Source of the DNA: the human T2T-CHM13v2.0 reference genome, Homo sapiens | Strand: one strand, 5' to 3' | DNA length: 64,000 bases | Assembly: GCF_009914755.1 (NCBI RefSeq) | Contig: NC_060927.1 | Shown: piece by piece, positions 14,164 through 30,279 of the stretch | Position numbering within the stretch: position 1 is the first letter of the stretch | How the letters are laid out: each line of letters begins with the position of its first letter | Notes under the pieces: model-generated | The model's input: the letters and a program-made list of their open reading frames with translations, nothing else | Databases searched by the model: none | Told to the model about the DNA's origin: nothing | Translations under genes and position numbers: made by a program

Positions 14164-14203
14164 CTATGTTGTGGAGAAGGAATTGATAAAGCAGGTCAGA
14201 GGG

Positions 14204-14557
14204 TATATTAGTCTGTTTTCACACTGCTGATACAGACATACCTAAGACTGGCTGATTTACAAAAGAAAGAGAGATTTAATGGACTTACAGTTCCACATGG
14301 CTGGGGAGGCCTCACAATCATGGCAGAAGGCAAGGAGGAGCAAGTCACATCTTATATGGAAGCCAGCAGGCAAAAAGAGAGCTTCTGCAGGGAAACTCTG
14401 CCTTATAAAACCATCAGATCTCATGACTTATTCACTCTCATGAGAACAGCACGGGAAAGACCTGCCCCCATTATTCAATTACCTCTCACCAGGTCCCTCC
14501 CACAACAAGTGGAAATTCAAGATGAGATTTGGATGAGGACACAGCCAAACCATATCA
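14204..14557 (-). mobile_element. THE1B-like solo LTR
   Basis: TATATTAGTCTG...CCAAACCATATCA; TSD GAGGG. Confidence 0.9.
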
Positions 14558-14639
14558 GAGGGGATGCAGGGATACTTTAGCATCTTACTCATCAAGGTCC
14601 TCATTGTTCTTTTCAAGCATAGGCAAAAGATGTCCTGTT

Positions 14640-14950
14640 CTATAACATGAATGAACCTTGAAAACACTATGTTAAGTCGAAGAAGCCAGCCACAAAAGAC
14701 CACCTATTGCATGATTTCATTGATATGAAATATCCAAAGAGGCAAATCCTTGGAGACAGAAACTAGATTAGTGGTTGCCAGGGGCTGAGATGAGGGGGGA
14801 AAGGGTAGTGAAGATGAAAAAATTCTAGAATTAGACAGTGGTGATGACTGCACAGCTTTGTTAATATTCTGAAAGCCAATGAGTTGAACACTTTACAAGA
14901 GTGATTTTTGCAACATGTGAATTACATCTCAATAAAGCTGTTAGCAAAAA
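14640..14950 (+). mobile_element. L1MB7/8-type 3' end
   Basis: ATGAATGAACCTTGAAAACACTATG...AGATTAGTGGTTGCCAGGGGCTG...CTCAATAAAGCTGTT. Confidence 0.85.
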
Positions 14951-15679
14951 GGAAACACTCTTATTATAGAAGAAAATGATTTCTAAATTTCCTAAGTAAA
15001 CGCAAGGTTAAGAGTTAACTTCTAGAATTTTTAATTTTAGTCATGTTTTTAAAAATGCTCCTTGCATTCTAAAATTTAATTAGCTGAAATTTAAGAATAT
15101 TGATATAGAGGCATTTTTAAGTTCTTATTCTTTTAAATCCCCTACTCAGAGAAGCATGAAATTTAGGCATTTAAACAAGAACAGCTGATCAGTGATTGAG
15201 AGAGAGCTTCCTAATTTCCAAATCATAGTTTTTGTTAAGAAAAGTAAAATCATTGGCCACCGGGAATTAGATCAATTGGAATTTTACTATTTTGTCAATT
15301 CAGTCAAATAGAGGATTTTAACTTTTAGCACGATTTTCATTTTCTACCCAGACAACCACTCAGCAGATATGTGATATCAATCTTGATTTCTAACTTCAGC
15401 TTCTTGTATGAATTTAATGGGGAAGTAATTGTGCAAGAATGTGTTTTAAAACACAAATCTCAACTGTCTTGTTATTACATTTACAGCTGATTACCATATC
15501 AATTGCCTTTATGTTATGCTAGAACATAACTAACACTGTTCTTTCATGGAATACAGTATAGTACAGTACAGGATTACAGGATATATGGAACAGCCTCTAA
15601 GAACTATGACCCTGCCTTAGATTTATTTTTGAACTCAGATTTGTATTAAACTTATTATCTACAACAAAAGAACTGTGTC

Positions 15680-16190
15680 CAGACTCTTTTTGGTGTAACA
15701 GAAAATCAAACACAACACAAATTAACTGAAAACAAAAATTTTTGGCCTACTTAACAACAAAGTTTAGTGGTGGTGCTATCCTCAGGCACAGCTGAAGATA
15801 GCACATTCAGAAGATCCCACGTTCAGGGATCTCAGGTCTCTTTTTTGCTACGTTGGTTTCATTTTCAGGCTCAAGATTATCACTCTGGTTGGTAAAATGA
15901 AAGCATCAGCTCTTCTCTCCCTCACCCTCTATTCTTAATGAGAGACTCACAGTGTCTCACGACTTCTAATTCAGCCATGTGCTTAATCATGAACCAATTA
16001 CAATGGCCGGGAGAATAGGCCATGCTGATTGACTTGGGCCTTGGTCACATGTTCATCTTGGGATACAAATCCCACTGGAGCAGACAGATTGAGAGTAGTG
16101 GGGGAATGGATCCCTATAAGAAAAGCAGATATTTTTGCTAGAAGAAAGGAGAGTGGAGGCTGGCAGAGAAAACAACAAATGTCCACAGAA
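15680..16190 (-). mobile_element. Old MLT1 (J/K/L-like) LTR
   Basis: CATGAACCAATTACAATGGCC...GCTGATTGACTTGGGCCTTGGTCACATG...ACAACAAATGTCCAC. Confidence 0.6.
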
Positions 16191-16344
16191 ACTTCCAATT
16201 AAAAGACAGGCCAATAGCCAGGGCAATGGAAGGCGTACTGACAAGCGAGCTGGGGATGCGCAGTGAACCCTTCTTGAGGTATCTTCCCAGAAAATTACCC
16301 TTCTCTGAGACTTTCTCAATTTGCCTCATGAGTTGAAACACACA

Positions 16345-16735
16345 CCTTCCACTTGTCCCTCTAAAGCCACTCTAGAAACACTGCTTTCTGTCCCAAGAGG
16401 CTGACTTGAATGGATGAAAGCAATAGGTTTTGGACGCTCTAGCATCTGGTTGGGTTTGGTGAGTGAGTAACACTGGCAGCAGAGGGAGGGAGGAACGAGG
16501 TCCCTTCACCCCTTAACCAACCATCATGACTCTTCTCATGACCTCCCTCTCTGTTGGAGCTTTCCTTCCTGGCTCTGGTAACTGCTCTGTTATAATACCT
16601 GGGGTGCTACACCATTCTTTGTGGGTTTCCCTAAACGTTGCCAACAGCTTTGAAAATAATCCTTTCATTAAACCCTCTTTGAATTATTGTAATTTGAGTG
16701 CACCATCTGTTTCCTGCTGGGACTCTGACAGATAT
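16345..16735 (+). mobile_element. LTR33-type ERVL LTR
   Basis: TCTGGTTGGGTTTGG...CCTTTCATTAAACCCTCTTTGAATT...TTTGAGTGCACCATCTGTTTCCTGCTGGGACTCTGAC. Confidence 0.7.
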
Positions 16736-17031
16736 GTATATTGACAGTGGCAGCCATAGTTTTATTGCATGGTCACACTATATATATTATCTCTAATTCT
16801 CACATTTATCCTGTGAGATAGGTACTACCACTCCTTATCTCACAGATGAGGAAACTGAGACTCATCATCTCTGGCCTGAACCATGACTTCTACTCTCGCC
16901 CTCTTACAGTTTTTCTCCACACAGCAGCCCAAATATTTGTTCTACAGATCTGCCAAGGCTATTCTGAGGAGCCAATGAAATAATAAGCAAAAGCACCTTA
17001 GTGGAGAACCTTACAAGCATAATATACTAGC

Positions 17032-17401
17032 TGTATTAGTCCATTCTCATGCTGCAATCAAGAGGTACCCAAGACTGGGTAATTTATAAAGGAAAGAGGT
17101 TTAATTGACTCACAGTTCTGCAGGGCTGGGGAAGCCTCAGGAAACTTACAATCATGGTGGAAGGGGAAGCAAACCTTCTTCACATGGTGGCAGCAAGCAG
17201 AAGTGCAGGGCGAAGGAGGAGGAAAACCCCTTATAAAACCATTAGATCTTATGAGAACTCACTCATTATAAGAAGAACAGCATGGAGGTAACCACCCCCA
17301 TGATGCATCTACCTCCCACCAGGTGCCTCTCACAACACATGTGGATTATAGGAACTAGAATTCAAGATGAGATTTGGGTGGGGACACACCAAACCATATC
17401 A
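17032..17401 (-). mobile_element. THE1D solo LTR
   Basis: TGTATTAGTCCATT...AAACCATATCA; TSD CTAGC. Confidence 0.9.
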
Positions 17402-18189
17402 CTAGCTCATTGAATTGATAAGTAGATCCTCTGGTCACTTTCAGAATTAGATTCCTTGTAGTTGGAAGATTTGGAGGAGATGCTGGATAAATTGAGTCTA
17501 GGGATTCAGTCCCTCTGGACTTGACTCAGCCATCATCTCCAGAAAGTCTTCATGATACTTCAAGAGGGGTGAGGTACTCACTCTGTGTTCCTGTAGTATT
17601 TATACCTAGCATAGCACGTAGCCCATACAGTGTTATTATATGCTTTCTCTTCCCAATCCCACATTCTACTCTATTATAATTGTTCATTTACACCTACCTC
17701 TTGCTAGACTACAAATTTCTAGAAGGCAAGAGCTATATCTATTATTTCTGTATTCCTAGTGCCTGACACACATCTGTAGATAAGTGCCAAATACATGTCT
17801 GTTGAATGAATAACAATATTGTTCTTAATGAAAAATCATGCCAAAAAGTTCCCTTTTTTTGGGAAGGGAAAATTTCCCAAAAAGATGGGCTCTCAAGAAC
17901 AATAGCAAGGAGATTCCCTCAACAGTAAAAGATGGACTGTGATTATAGACATTACATTCCAGCTCTAAATTCTTTGATTCTGGATAATAGGGGTATAAAC
18001 TAATCAGGAAGTCAATTTCTCACAAGGGTATGCATTAATAAATCTTAAACTACCGTATGTAGTTTCTACTAGCAGTAATCAAATAACATATTGCAGATAA
18101 TAAGAACCAGATTTCTCATGTTGGAATGAGACTTTAGTGAAAGACTTTAGTGAAAAAACTGATATAATTCAAATAGCATATTTAATTTT

Positions 18190-18350
18190 GCTAATAGTAT
18201 CCTACCAATGTTAATTTCCTGGTTCTGATTATTGTACTATGGTAATGTAAGATGTTAACATTAAGGGAAGATGGTTGAGGGGTAATGAAATAGTTTTTTA
18301 CTATTTTCTGAACTTGTTTGTAAATCTCCAATTAGTTCAAAACAAAAGTG
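18190..18350 (+). mobile_element. L1ME/L1MC 3' end
   Basis: CAATGTTAATTTCCTGGTTCTGATTATTGTACTATGGTAATGTAAGATGTTAACATT. Confidence 0.7.
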
Positions 18351-18459
18351 TCCTATGGCACATTCTTTTGAGGCCATACTCTTAGAATCTATAACATAGG
18401 TGATGAAATTTTAACAAGACATTCACTGGGGTGTAACACCGTAATGCATTACTCCAGAT

Positions 18460-18800
18460 CACAGAATTTTAGAGTTTGGATGTAATCTTGGCAGTCACAG
18501 TCCATCATGCTGCTCTTGATGGAATCTCCTTGGTATTGTACTTGACAGCCTAAGGCCTTTGCTGGGACATCTCCGGGGACAGCAGTGTACCATTGCCCCT
18601 AAAATGATTGCTGGAAGAAGAGCTTGAATTGCTAGAAACATCTTTCTCCTCTCTCCATCAAGCTGAAATCTGCCTCTAGTTGACTCTCTGGGCCACTTGG
18701 CGACCTTTCAAATACATGAAGAGAGTTGGCACCATCCCTTCTGTGGTTTTTCTCCTTCAAGCAAAACAACCCAGTGCCTTTCCATATGACATCATGATGT
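18460..18800 (-). mobile_element. L3/CR1-type ancient LINE fragment
   Basis: ACAGAATTTTAGAGTTTGGA...CCTTTCAAATACATGAAG...AACAACCCAGT...CATATGACAT. Confidence 0.55.
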
Positions 18801-18803
18801 TTT

Positions 18804-18838
18804 CTTTCTTTTTTTTTTAAGTTAAGATCATAGTTCAG
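18804..18838 (-). mobile_element. TPRT micro-insertion: 20-nt body plus A-tail, flanked by a 16-bp TSD
   Basis: GACATCATGATGTTTT at 18788-18803 and 18839-18854 flank a poly(T) tract and AAGTTAAGATCATAGTTCAG; right flank reads TTTTTT/AA. Confidence 0.75.
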
Positions 18839-19334
18839 GACATCATGATGTTTTTTAATAGAAGCTTCAATGCCTTGATGCAGCACTGTCCAAACTTTTT
18901 TCTTCAGCCACAGAACTCTTTGTCAAAGAAATTCTCATGTGGAATCAGCTTGTAAAACAGATAAAAATAAAATTTATCTACTGGAAGTAGCGGGTGAGGG
19001 GCCCCCAAGGACTATTTGATTCCCCCACCCTTTCCCTTCTTTAGTGGTCCTTGAAGTACAACCTTAGAACCTTCAAAATTTCCCAGAATATAATTAAACA
19101 AACCTTGATATCTTAAACCAAAAGTACAAAAGGACATGGGAACCTTATAACCCAAAGCAGGTTTGTGGCAGAAATGCTTTTCAGTACATGCCTTTACTGT
19201 CCCAAATAATACCATGTGGATAATTCCTGATGTGGCCGTTTGTCTGGCCATACATTTGATGATTGTAACAACTAAGAGGTAAGACTTGACTTTATATGTA
19301 TCCATTCAAGAACCATATAGTATTGATGTTAGGC

Positions 19335-19881
<547 letters not shown>

Positions 19882-19976
19882 TAAACAGTCTGTCCCTGAC
19901 ATCAATCCTCTACAAATATAACACATATCCCTTCCCTCAGATACAGCTAAGTTTTCATTTCAACAATATCACCTTT

Positions 19977-20155
19977 AGCCAGGTGTGGTAGTACATGCTT
20001 ATAGTGTCAGCTACTTGGGAGGCTGAGGAAGGAAGATAGCTTGAGCCCAGGAGTTCAGGGTTACAGTGAGCTATGATCACACCACTGCACTCCAGCCTGG
20101 GCAACAGAGGGAGACCTTGTCTTTAAAAAAATAAACAAATAAAAGCAAAAAAATA
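19977..20155 (+). mobile_element. FRAM / Alu right monomer
   Basis: Single right monomer with A-tail and degenerate TSD. Confidence 0.85.
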
Positions 20156-20439
20156 AACAGCATCACTGGAAACAAATTTCTCTGAGGTCCTGAGGATTAA
20201 ACATTCTTAACATGGAATGCTTGCACATGGGGAAGGGTCATGTGCAAGCAGCCTCAGGCTAATGCCCAGTAAAGCAGAAGTTTGCACTAAGCCAGAGCTT
20301 CACTGTGGCTCTGACCTATGGCTGCTCTTTCCGTTTATGCACGGCAGATGCTTGGTGAGCCTCAGTCAGCAGCGTCTCTCCTCTCCAACCAAATGCTGGG
20401 CTGGGGGTCATTTGTTGTGACTGCCTGTCCCGCACCTAA

Positions 20440-21248
20440 CCTCTGTTTGCTGATAATGGCACATTTCCTATCTGTGGGATCCCCCACCCCCACTTTACTC
20501 TCTATAATTTGGGTGAGCAGACCCCACTTTCCTACCTCTCCCCCATGGGCAGACACCTGACTGAGCCTGGATCATCAGTGTATTCCCAGTTCCATATGAT
20601 CCAAGCCAGACCAATGAGATGATGAGACTCAACATCAGGACATTTGTTGGAACCACTGGAGAAGATAATCTCTCTTTTCCCTAGGGCTTCTTAGTTGTGC
20701 TGTTTTAAATATAGCAGCCATATTGTCACTGGGAGAGAATCAGCTAGAGGTCGAAGCCAAGGAAAAGAAAGCAAAGCCAAAAGATGAAAAGAGATATTAT
20801 AGATTTCAGAAAGCTTCACTTCAAGCTCTACATCCAACTGTGCTAGGGGTGGATCCTTTACATTTATGTGAACTCATAAATTCCCTTTGTTTTTTAAGTA
20901 GCTCAAGTTGAAAGCAAGTCCTCCAAATTCTGTATAGAGCTTCTCTTACTTATCCTCTATAAAATTATAACCCTCACCACACCCTGGCACTCCCTAAGTT
21001 CCTTCCCTCATTTATTATTTTTTTTCAAAGCACTTATCCCATCTAACACATTATATATTTTTGTTAATTATCTTATTTACTTTCTGCCTCACCAAACTAA
21101 AATGTAAACTCCATGAAGGCAGAGATATTTTGTCTATTTGTTCATAGCTATACCTGAAATGGTGGCTGGAACATAGTAGGTACTCAAGAGATATTTACGA
21201 AATGAGTAAATGAGATAACTTGCAACCGAAAGAGTTGTAACTAATTCA
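20440..21248 (+). mobile_element. MLT1K-like LTR interleaved with an L2 3' end (~20911-21212)
   Basis: CCAAGCCAGACCAATGAGA...AAATTCCCTTTG; terminal ACTTGCAACCGAAAGAGT; L2 end GGAACATAGTAGGTACTCAA. Confidence 0.6.
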
Positions 21249-21558
21249 CTTGGTTTACATAAAAATAATTCTTGCCCGTTGTAGAAACAGCCTGGCTTAA
21301 AAAGTCAGAATAGAAACTCTTCCTGTCGCTTAACATGAAGCAATGTCTTCTCCAATTTCAAATATTCACTCAATAATCATGTATTGAGCACCCACCTATG
21401 GTAGTTACTATACTAAGCACAAAGATAAAGAAAACACAGTCCCTGCCATCCAGTAGCTCTCAGTTTGGTACCACTAGTCTCATGCAACAGCAAGTAAATG
21501 TGCATGACAGAACAGCCAGCTTGGACGTATAGACGTCAAAGGAAGCCAGGGAGTGCTG

Positions 21559-21560
<2 letters not shown>

Positions 21561-21596
<36 letters not shown>

Positions 21597-21620
21597 TGTC
21601 TATCTGTCTGTCTGTCTGTC
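21561..21620. repeat. (TG)17 followed by (TCTG)n
   Basis: Seen directly. Confidence 0.97.
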
Positions 21621-22179
21621 TCTCTTTCCCTTCTCTCTCCAAGTTTACAGGTTGACCTGAAAACTCAGAGTGAGGAGTCACAAATGTCTCAGTCTAGATA
21701 CTGGCTAGACAAACTAGAAAGACGGAGATACATCTCAAATGAAAAGAGAGAGGTGAAAGGAAAAACTAAATTTCAGTTTCAGTTTAGGTGGCAAATAAGC
21801 CCATGAAAGATGTGTTCATGTGAAAGCGGTAAAGCAGACAGAATACCTGCTAAATCAGTCCCTCTGGACTGTATTGAAGCTATTTCTCATAATTTGAGAA
21901 GGAGTGGGGATACACATGGCAGTGAGGGAAACAGAAATCTCAGGTAAAGATTAGTCAGCTTGATTGTCAGTCTTCACCAGCATTGAACTGTGGCTTATTC
22001 AGGATCCAAGGAGGATCTAGCCATCTGGTTGGTTATCCTGTGGCCTCCTCAATGGGAATCACTTTTCTAGAGCTCTGCTGTTAGCATGACCCAGGTGCTG
22101 TTCGTCTCTGCTTCTCTTGGGTTCCTTCCTTCCTTCTTTCCTTTCTTCCTTGTTTGCTTCCTTCTTCCTTTCTCTCTTT

Positions 22180-24175
<1,996 letters not shown>

Positions 24176-24923
24176 TTGTTTTTGTCATTTTGTTAAAGTT
24201 CCTTTTTGTTTCTTTTATTTCTATTTAAGGGTAGATTTTATAAAGCCAGGCTAGCTCTTAAAGTGCTAGCTTGAGTAGTTGTCCTAGGTCAGGAATCAGC
24301 TCAATCCAATCAGCTGTTGCTGAGTCCAGAGTTACATGGCATAGATCATGCTACTTGCCTACCTCAAGGATCAGCCTAGGGTCACTGACCCTCAGTAGGG
24401 ATAGCCCTTGTCTAGCCTATTCCATACACAGCGTCAAATTATCACTAACAAATTGGTAAAAGGATTTAAACCAATTATTAATGTTGAGCTTTTAGATTTT
24501 ACAGCAGGAAACTTCTCTGAGGCTGTGGGGGAGGACCAGCAAAAAAGAATCTTGTACTAAAAGTCAAGTATTTATTTCTGCTGGCATCTCTTAAATACAA
24601 CCATATGGTCCTAGAGGCCAGAGTGTTACAAATTCCACCTACTACAGGAAAAATCTCAATTCCTAGGAGACCATATGTCTAATGATGTATCCCAGCCCTT
24701 TAATTTACACTTTGGTCTGTCAACAACTCTGCTTTTAACTGGTCTGCTGAGCATAAAAGGCAATACAGTCCAAGGGACACTCAGAACAAATAGCAGGTAT
24801 CTCTGGTGAGCTCCTATCTTTGAGGAGAGTTGCAGTTTTTTTACTAGGCCACTACCTACCAAAATACAAGCACATCTGAAGCCCACAGCAATTTTAAAGA
24901 CAGGCATTTAAAAGCCAAGTTTA

Positions 24924-25178
24924 AACCAAATGCCACATGTTCTCACTTATAAGTGGAAGCTAAACATTGAATACACAGGGACAGAAAGATGGGAACAGTA
25001 GACACTGGGGACTGCTTGAGGGGGCAGAATAGGTGGGGGCTGTGGGTTGGAAGGCTACCTATTCGGTACTATGCTCACTATCTCGGTGACAGGATCATTT
25101 GTACACCTAGCCTCAGAGACACACAATTTACTCATGTAACAAACCTGCACATGTGCCCCTGAACTTAAAAGTAGAAAA
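24924..25178 (+). mobile_element. 5'-truncated L1PA16-like 3' end
   Basis: CACATGTTCTCACTTATAAGTGG...AACAAACCTGCACATGT; 14-bp TSD AAAAGCCAAGTTTA at 24910-24923 and 25179-25192. Confidence 0.9.
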
Positions 25179-25435
25179 AAAAGCCAAGTTTACCTGGTTA
25201 ATTATGATGTTTTTCAGTATAATTTCCTATTCTTTGACTCGTATTTTATTTTCATTCATTTATTCATTTATTCAAGAGATATCCCTGAGAACCACTTTGG
25301 GTCTCAATGCTAGGGTGCCAGTAGGGGTGGGAAAGAATGCCAAGTTTGTAATACAGGATTCCTGCTCATAGGTAAAAGAAACACACACTAATACAGAATG
25401 AATAAAGATACAAAGTGAAATATTTTACAGCGTGA

Positions 25436-25801
<366 letters not shown>

Positions 25802-26013
25802 AATTTTGTTATTTTATAGCTCAGAAGAAGAAACAGCACTATGGAGAGTTAAGGCAGGCCTCAGAGAGGATGGAGGGGCATTTGATCTGGTTTTACAGAT
25901 GAACAGGCATTCCTCTGAGGTGAGAAGACACAGTCTCTTTTGCCCATCCACTTTTCCAAAGATATTAGCTGTCATGTTGGAGGGAAACTGGAGAAGAGTA
26001 TCTAGTAGAGGGC

Positions 26014-26520
26014 TGTTACAGATTATATTTTCCAAAGATGGCCACATCCCCCATCAAGAAATGAAATTTAAGTCCCCCCTCTTAAATATGGGCTAGGTTT
26101 TGTGACTGTTTTCAACCTATTGAGTATGGCGAACAAAACACTACTTGCAAGATTAGGTCATAAAATTCTGTTTCTGCCCTTTTCACCAGAACACTGATGT
26201 GGGAGCCCTGGGCCCCCATGTAAGCACTTCCACTGCTTTGAGGATACCATGTTGTGAGGAAGCCTAACCTAGCCCATTGAGAGACCACATAGGGAAGCCA
26301 TGAGACTACAGAGAGAGAAATGCGGGGTGAGCCCCCAGCAGCTCCCACCTTAGCCATCTTTTGACTTCAAATGCATGACAGACCCCAATCCAGAACTTCT
26401 CACCTGAGCCCTTCCCAAAAGTACTGATCCATAGAAAATAGGAAAGATAAAATAATTATTGTTTCTTTAAGTCACTAGGTTTCAGGGTAATAGATTACAT
26501 AGCAATAGATAACCAGCACA
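26014..26520 (+). mobile_element. MLT1H/G-like LTR
   Basis: TTTCCAAAGATGGCCACA...CCATGTTGTGAGGAAGCC...TAAGTCACTAGGTTT...TACATAGCAATAGATAACC. Confidence 0.75.
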
Positions 26521-27374
26521 AGGAGAGAAGAAGTAACTTGGTTATTTCATTTTTCTCATTTCAAGTCAGATAGAGATGAGCCTGAACCCATGGTGCAAAA
26601 TGGGCAGTCAGGGTAAACCAAAGGGCAGGGGCAGGATCTAGATAACTAGTTAAGGGGAGAGCACAGGACCAGGCCCTACAAAGCCTAGAGGACAAGATAG
26701 AACCACCATCGAAACAGAGTTGCTCAACTGAGACCCAAAGCAGTGACTCACACACAGCGGGCAGTCAGGAACCTAGCAACTCAAATCAGGTGACAAAGTC
26801 ACATGACAATAATCAAGAAGTGAAATTTGAAGACGAAAAAGAAGTATGACTTGACACTCAGTTGCGAATCTTTGGCTATAGTATTTCTGTCAACTAGAGA
26901 ATCCAGAATGTTCTTGGTATCTGGAGTGGACTGGGCTATGATCTCACCTGTGTGGATTAGATGGTAACAGGATCAGTGTCTGATGCCAGACAGGTTATTT
27001 CCTTCTCTGCAGCTCTGATAACTGTCCTCCACCTACCATCCAGCAAAGGGCAAAAAAGAAGAGTCCACAACGGATGTCTAAAAGAAAATTGAGAGAAAGT
27101 AGAAGGGATCATGGATGGTATCCTGAAATAGTTTGTATTCACTAAGAAATCAAATTAGGTATGCACCCCTAATCTGGCAACAGTTATCAAAACATCCCTG
27201 GAAATATTTTTCAAAAACAGAACAGTATGCAAACATGTAAGTAACATAGAAGAATGACGACTCCAACAATGTTCACAACAGCTACATCCACAGCTGAAAA
27301 GAGAACAACCAACAATCTAATTAAACAACAGATTAACTGAATTGCAGAATACTATGCAGTCTGATTTGTCAGGC

Positions 27375-27547
27375 TTGGTTTGGTTTTGTTTGCTCTTAAG
27401 ATGGGGTCTCACTCTGTCACCCAGGTTGGAGAGCAGTGGCATGATCACAGCTCACTACAGCCTCTACTTCCCAGGCTCAAGCATTCTCCCACCTCAGCCT
27501 CTCCAGTAGCTGGGACTACAGGTATGCACACCCCCACACTTCCTGGC

Positions 27548-27581
<34 letters not shown>

Positions 27582-27692
27582 GATGGGCTCTCACTGTGTT
27601 GTCTAGGCTGGTCTTGAACTCCTGAGCTCAGGTGATCCTTCCACCTTGGCCACCAAAAGTGCTGGAGTTACAGGCATGAGCCACCACACCCG
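27375..27692 (-). mobile_element. AluJ
   Basis: GATCACAGCTCACTACAGCCTC J-type; expanded middle T-tract. Confidence 0.92.
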
Positions 27693-28115
27693 TGTTTGAT
27701 AAAATGAACGAATATTCCTGAGATTTTTTTTACTTGAAAAAAAAGCTTCTTAAAAGCAAGGTTCTAGTTCTCCGTATCTTTAAACATGTCTGTAACAATT
27801 CCTGTGGCAGCAGGGCCTCAAGAAATGTTGGTTGGAGAAGTGAATTCTATAGTTCACTTTCAGTGAAGACATTCTTTGTGCTAGGCTTTAGGTTCTTTCT
27901 ACAGGTAAATCTATAGGAGTTAGCAACTAGTCTCATCTCTGTTTTGCAAAGGTGAAAACAGGGGCAGAGTGGCAAGTGGTAGTGCTGGGACAGGAAGGGA
28001 CAGGCAGCCTGGCTCCATGCACTGTATAGCCTCTCATACTAGATGACTCTAAAAACAAGTGATCTGAAAAAATGTCATAAAACTAAAATTTAGTTTTTTC
28101 CTTACCAAGACCTTA

Positions 28116-28447
<332 letters not shown>

Positions 28448-29399
28448 TTAAGGGAGAGAGGGGAGGGACCCTAGGAATATTCTTTATTAACAATATTCAT
28501 GTTTTCAGTGGCCAGAAATAAAGAAAGCAAACACGGAAAATAAAACAGGAGAAAAAAAGGAAAACAAACTTGTCATTAGGTAATTTGGAATCATTATATA
28601 GGAAAAAAGATATCTGTAAAAAATAGTTTAGTGTATTATTCTGAGGTCTTCTACTTCTGGATCTATTTTATCTCCCTATCTTGTATGCATTTGTTTCAGC
28701 ACCTATTACATGGGCATAATTCGTTTATAAATTAACGTAGGCCTGTTGAGGAAATTTTAAAAAATCTTACCATCAAGAATTAAGATGAAATGAGAAGAGA
28801 GAAATAGCTGATCACCTCCTTCTCAAGGGATTCTGTCTCATGCTGTTTCTCAGCTGTTTCTAGCCTTGAGTTATACCCCCAACTCTGAAACAGGATTAAT
28901 ACTACGTGAATTTACCATTTGAAATGGGACCGGTGATAGCAAGTCCTTATTTCCCTCGCACACCTCCCCTTTTCTCTGACAGCACGGGAATTCGGACTGA
29001 TTTGAAGTGTGGGCGGTGGGAGAGTGGGAAGTGTTAACCAAAATCTCTCCTCCCCCAACTTCTGCATGGCGCTACTGCATATATTATGCCCCCCTGCTGC
29101 TCACCATACCGTCCAAGCCAAGAGCATACAGAGCTTCTTGATGTGCTTTAATTCATTTCTCCCTTCACTCTCACACTCAAAAGGAAACGGGTAAGGTTAG
29201 GTAAAATTGCTACTTAATGAGGGGTTACTGAGTGTGTAATTGCTCCCAGAGTGTTTTTAGAGTAATAGTCCGCTGGTAGGAGCCAAGCTTGCTATAGAGA
29301 ATCTTGCTAAACTGCCCAAAGATTGTAATTCCATTCACTGGTGGTTATTTGAGTAACATACCAAAGACTAAGGAGCATCATTTATTAAAAGCCCTTTGC

Positions 29400-29717
<318 letters not shown>

Positions 29718-30279
29718 TCAAGCAGTTCAGCAAATTCAGACGTTCAAGGTTTCCATCCTTGAGTTGTGGAGTGATGGGTACTGAAGTCAGTGCTGAGGTG
29801 CCTCTAGAAACTTCCTTCCAGCTGTAGAATTTACTAGGAAGTAGATGCATTCTTTGTCAGCGTTTTTTAGACAGAATCACTACACTATATTATTTTTTTA
29901 GAGCTTAAGGGAGCTTAGGATCATGATTGCATTCGTGTGCCCTATTTCACAAACGAGGTCAGCTAGCTGGGAGGACAGTTAGTTCGGCTGACTGCTAGCC
30001 TACTGCTCTTACCATTTTCTCCCAAGACAGAGGCATGGCATAACCTGATCTGTAATGAGGTGGCCCAGGAGGGATGGGCACAGTTGGCATTGACAGGTAA
30101 GCTTCTGCTCACGTTCTCACTTGGTATTCATGTTTCTCTTGGTGGAAACTCTGCCATTTTTCCATAGTCCTAGAGTTGGTGTGAGGTTTGTTTTTATTTT
30201 ATGTTTTCTCCCACCTTATAGCTTTCAAATCTTTCCCTTCAAGGCTATGGCCCAAATGTGCCAGGGGAAGACTGTCCAA

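Noticed and set aside
29085-29103. CTCF-like TGCCCCCCTGCTGC
   Set aside because: An extra C and loss of the terminal GG break the core spacing.
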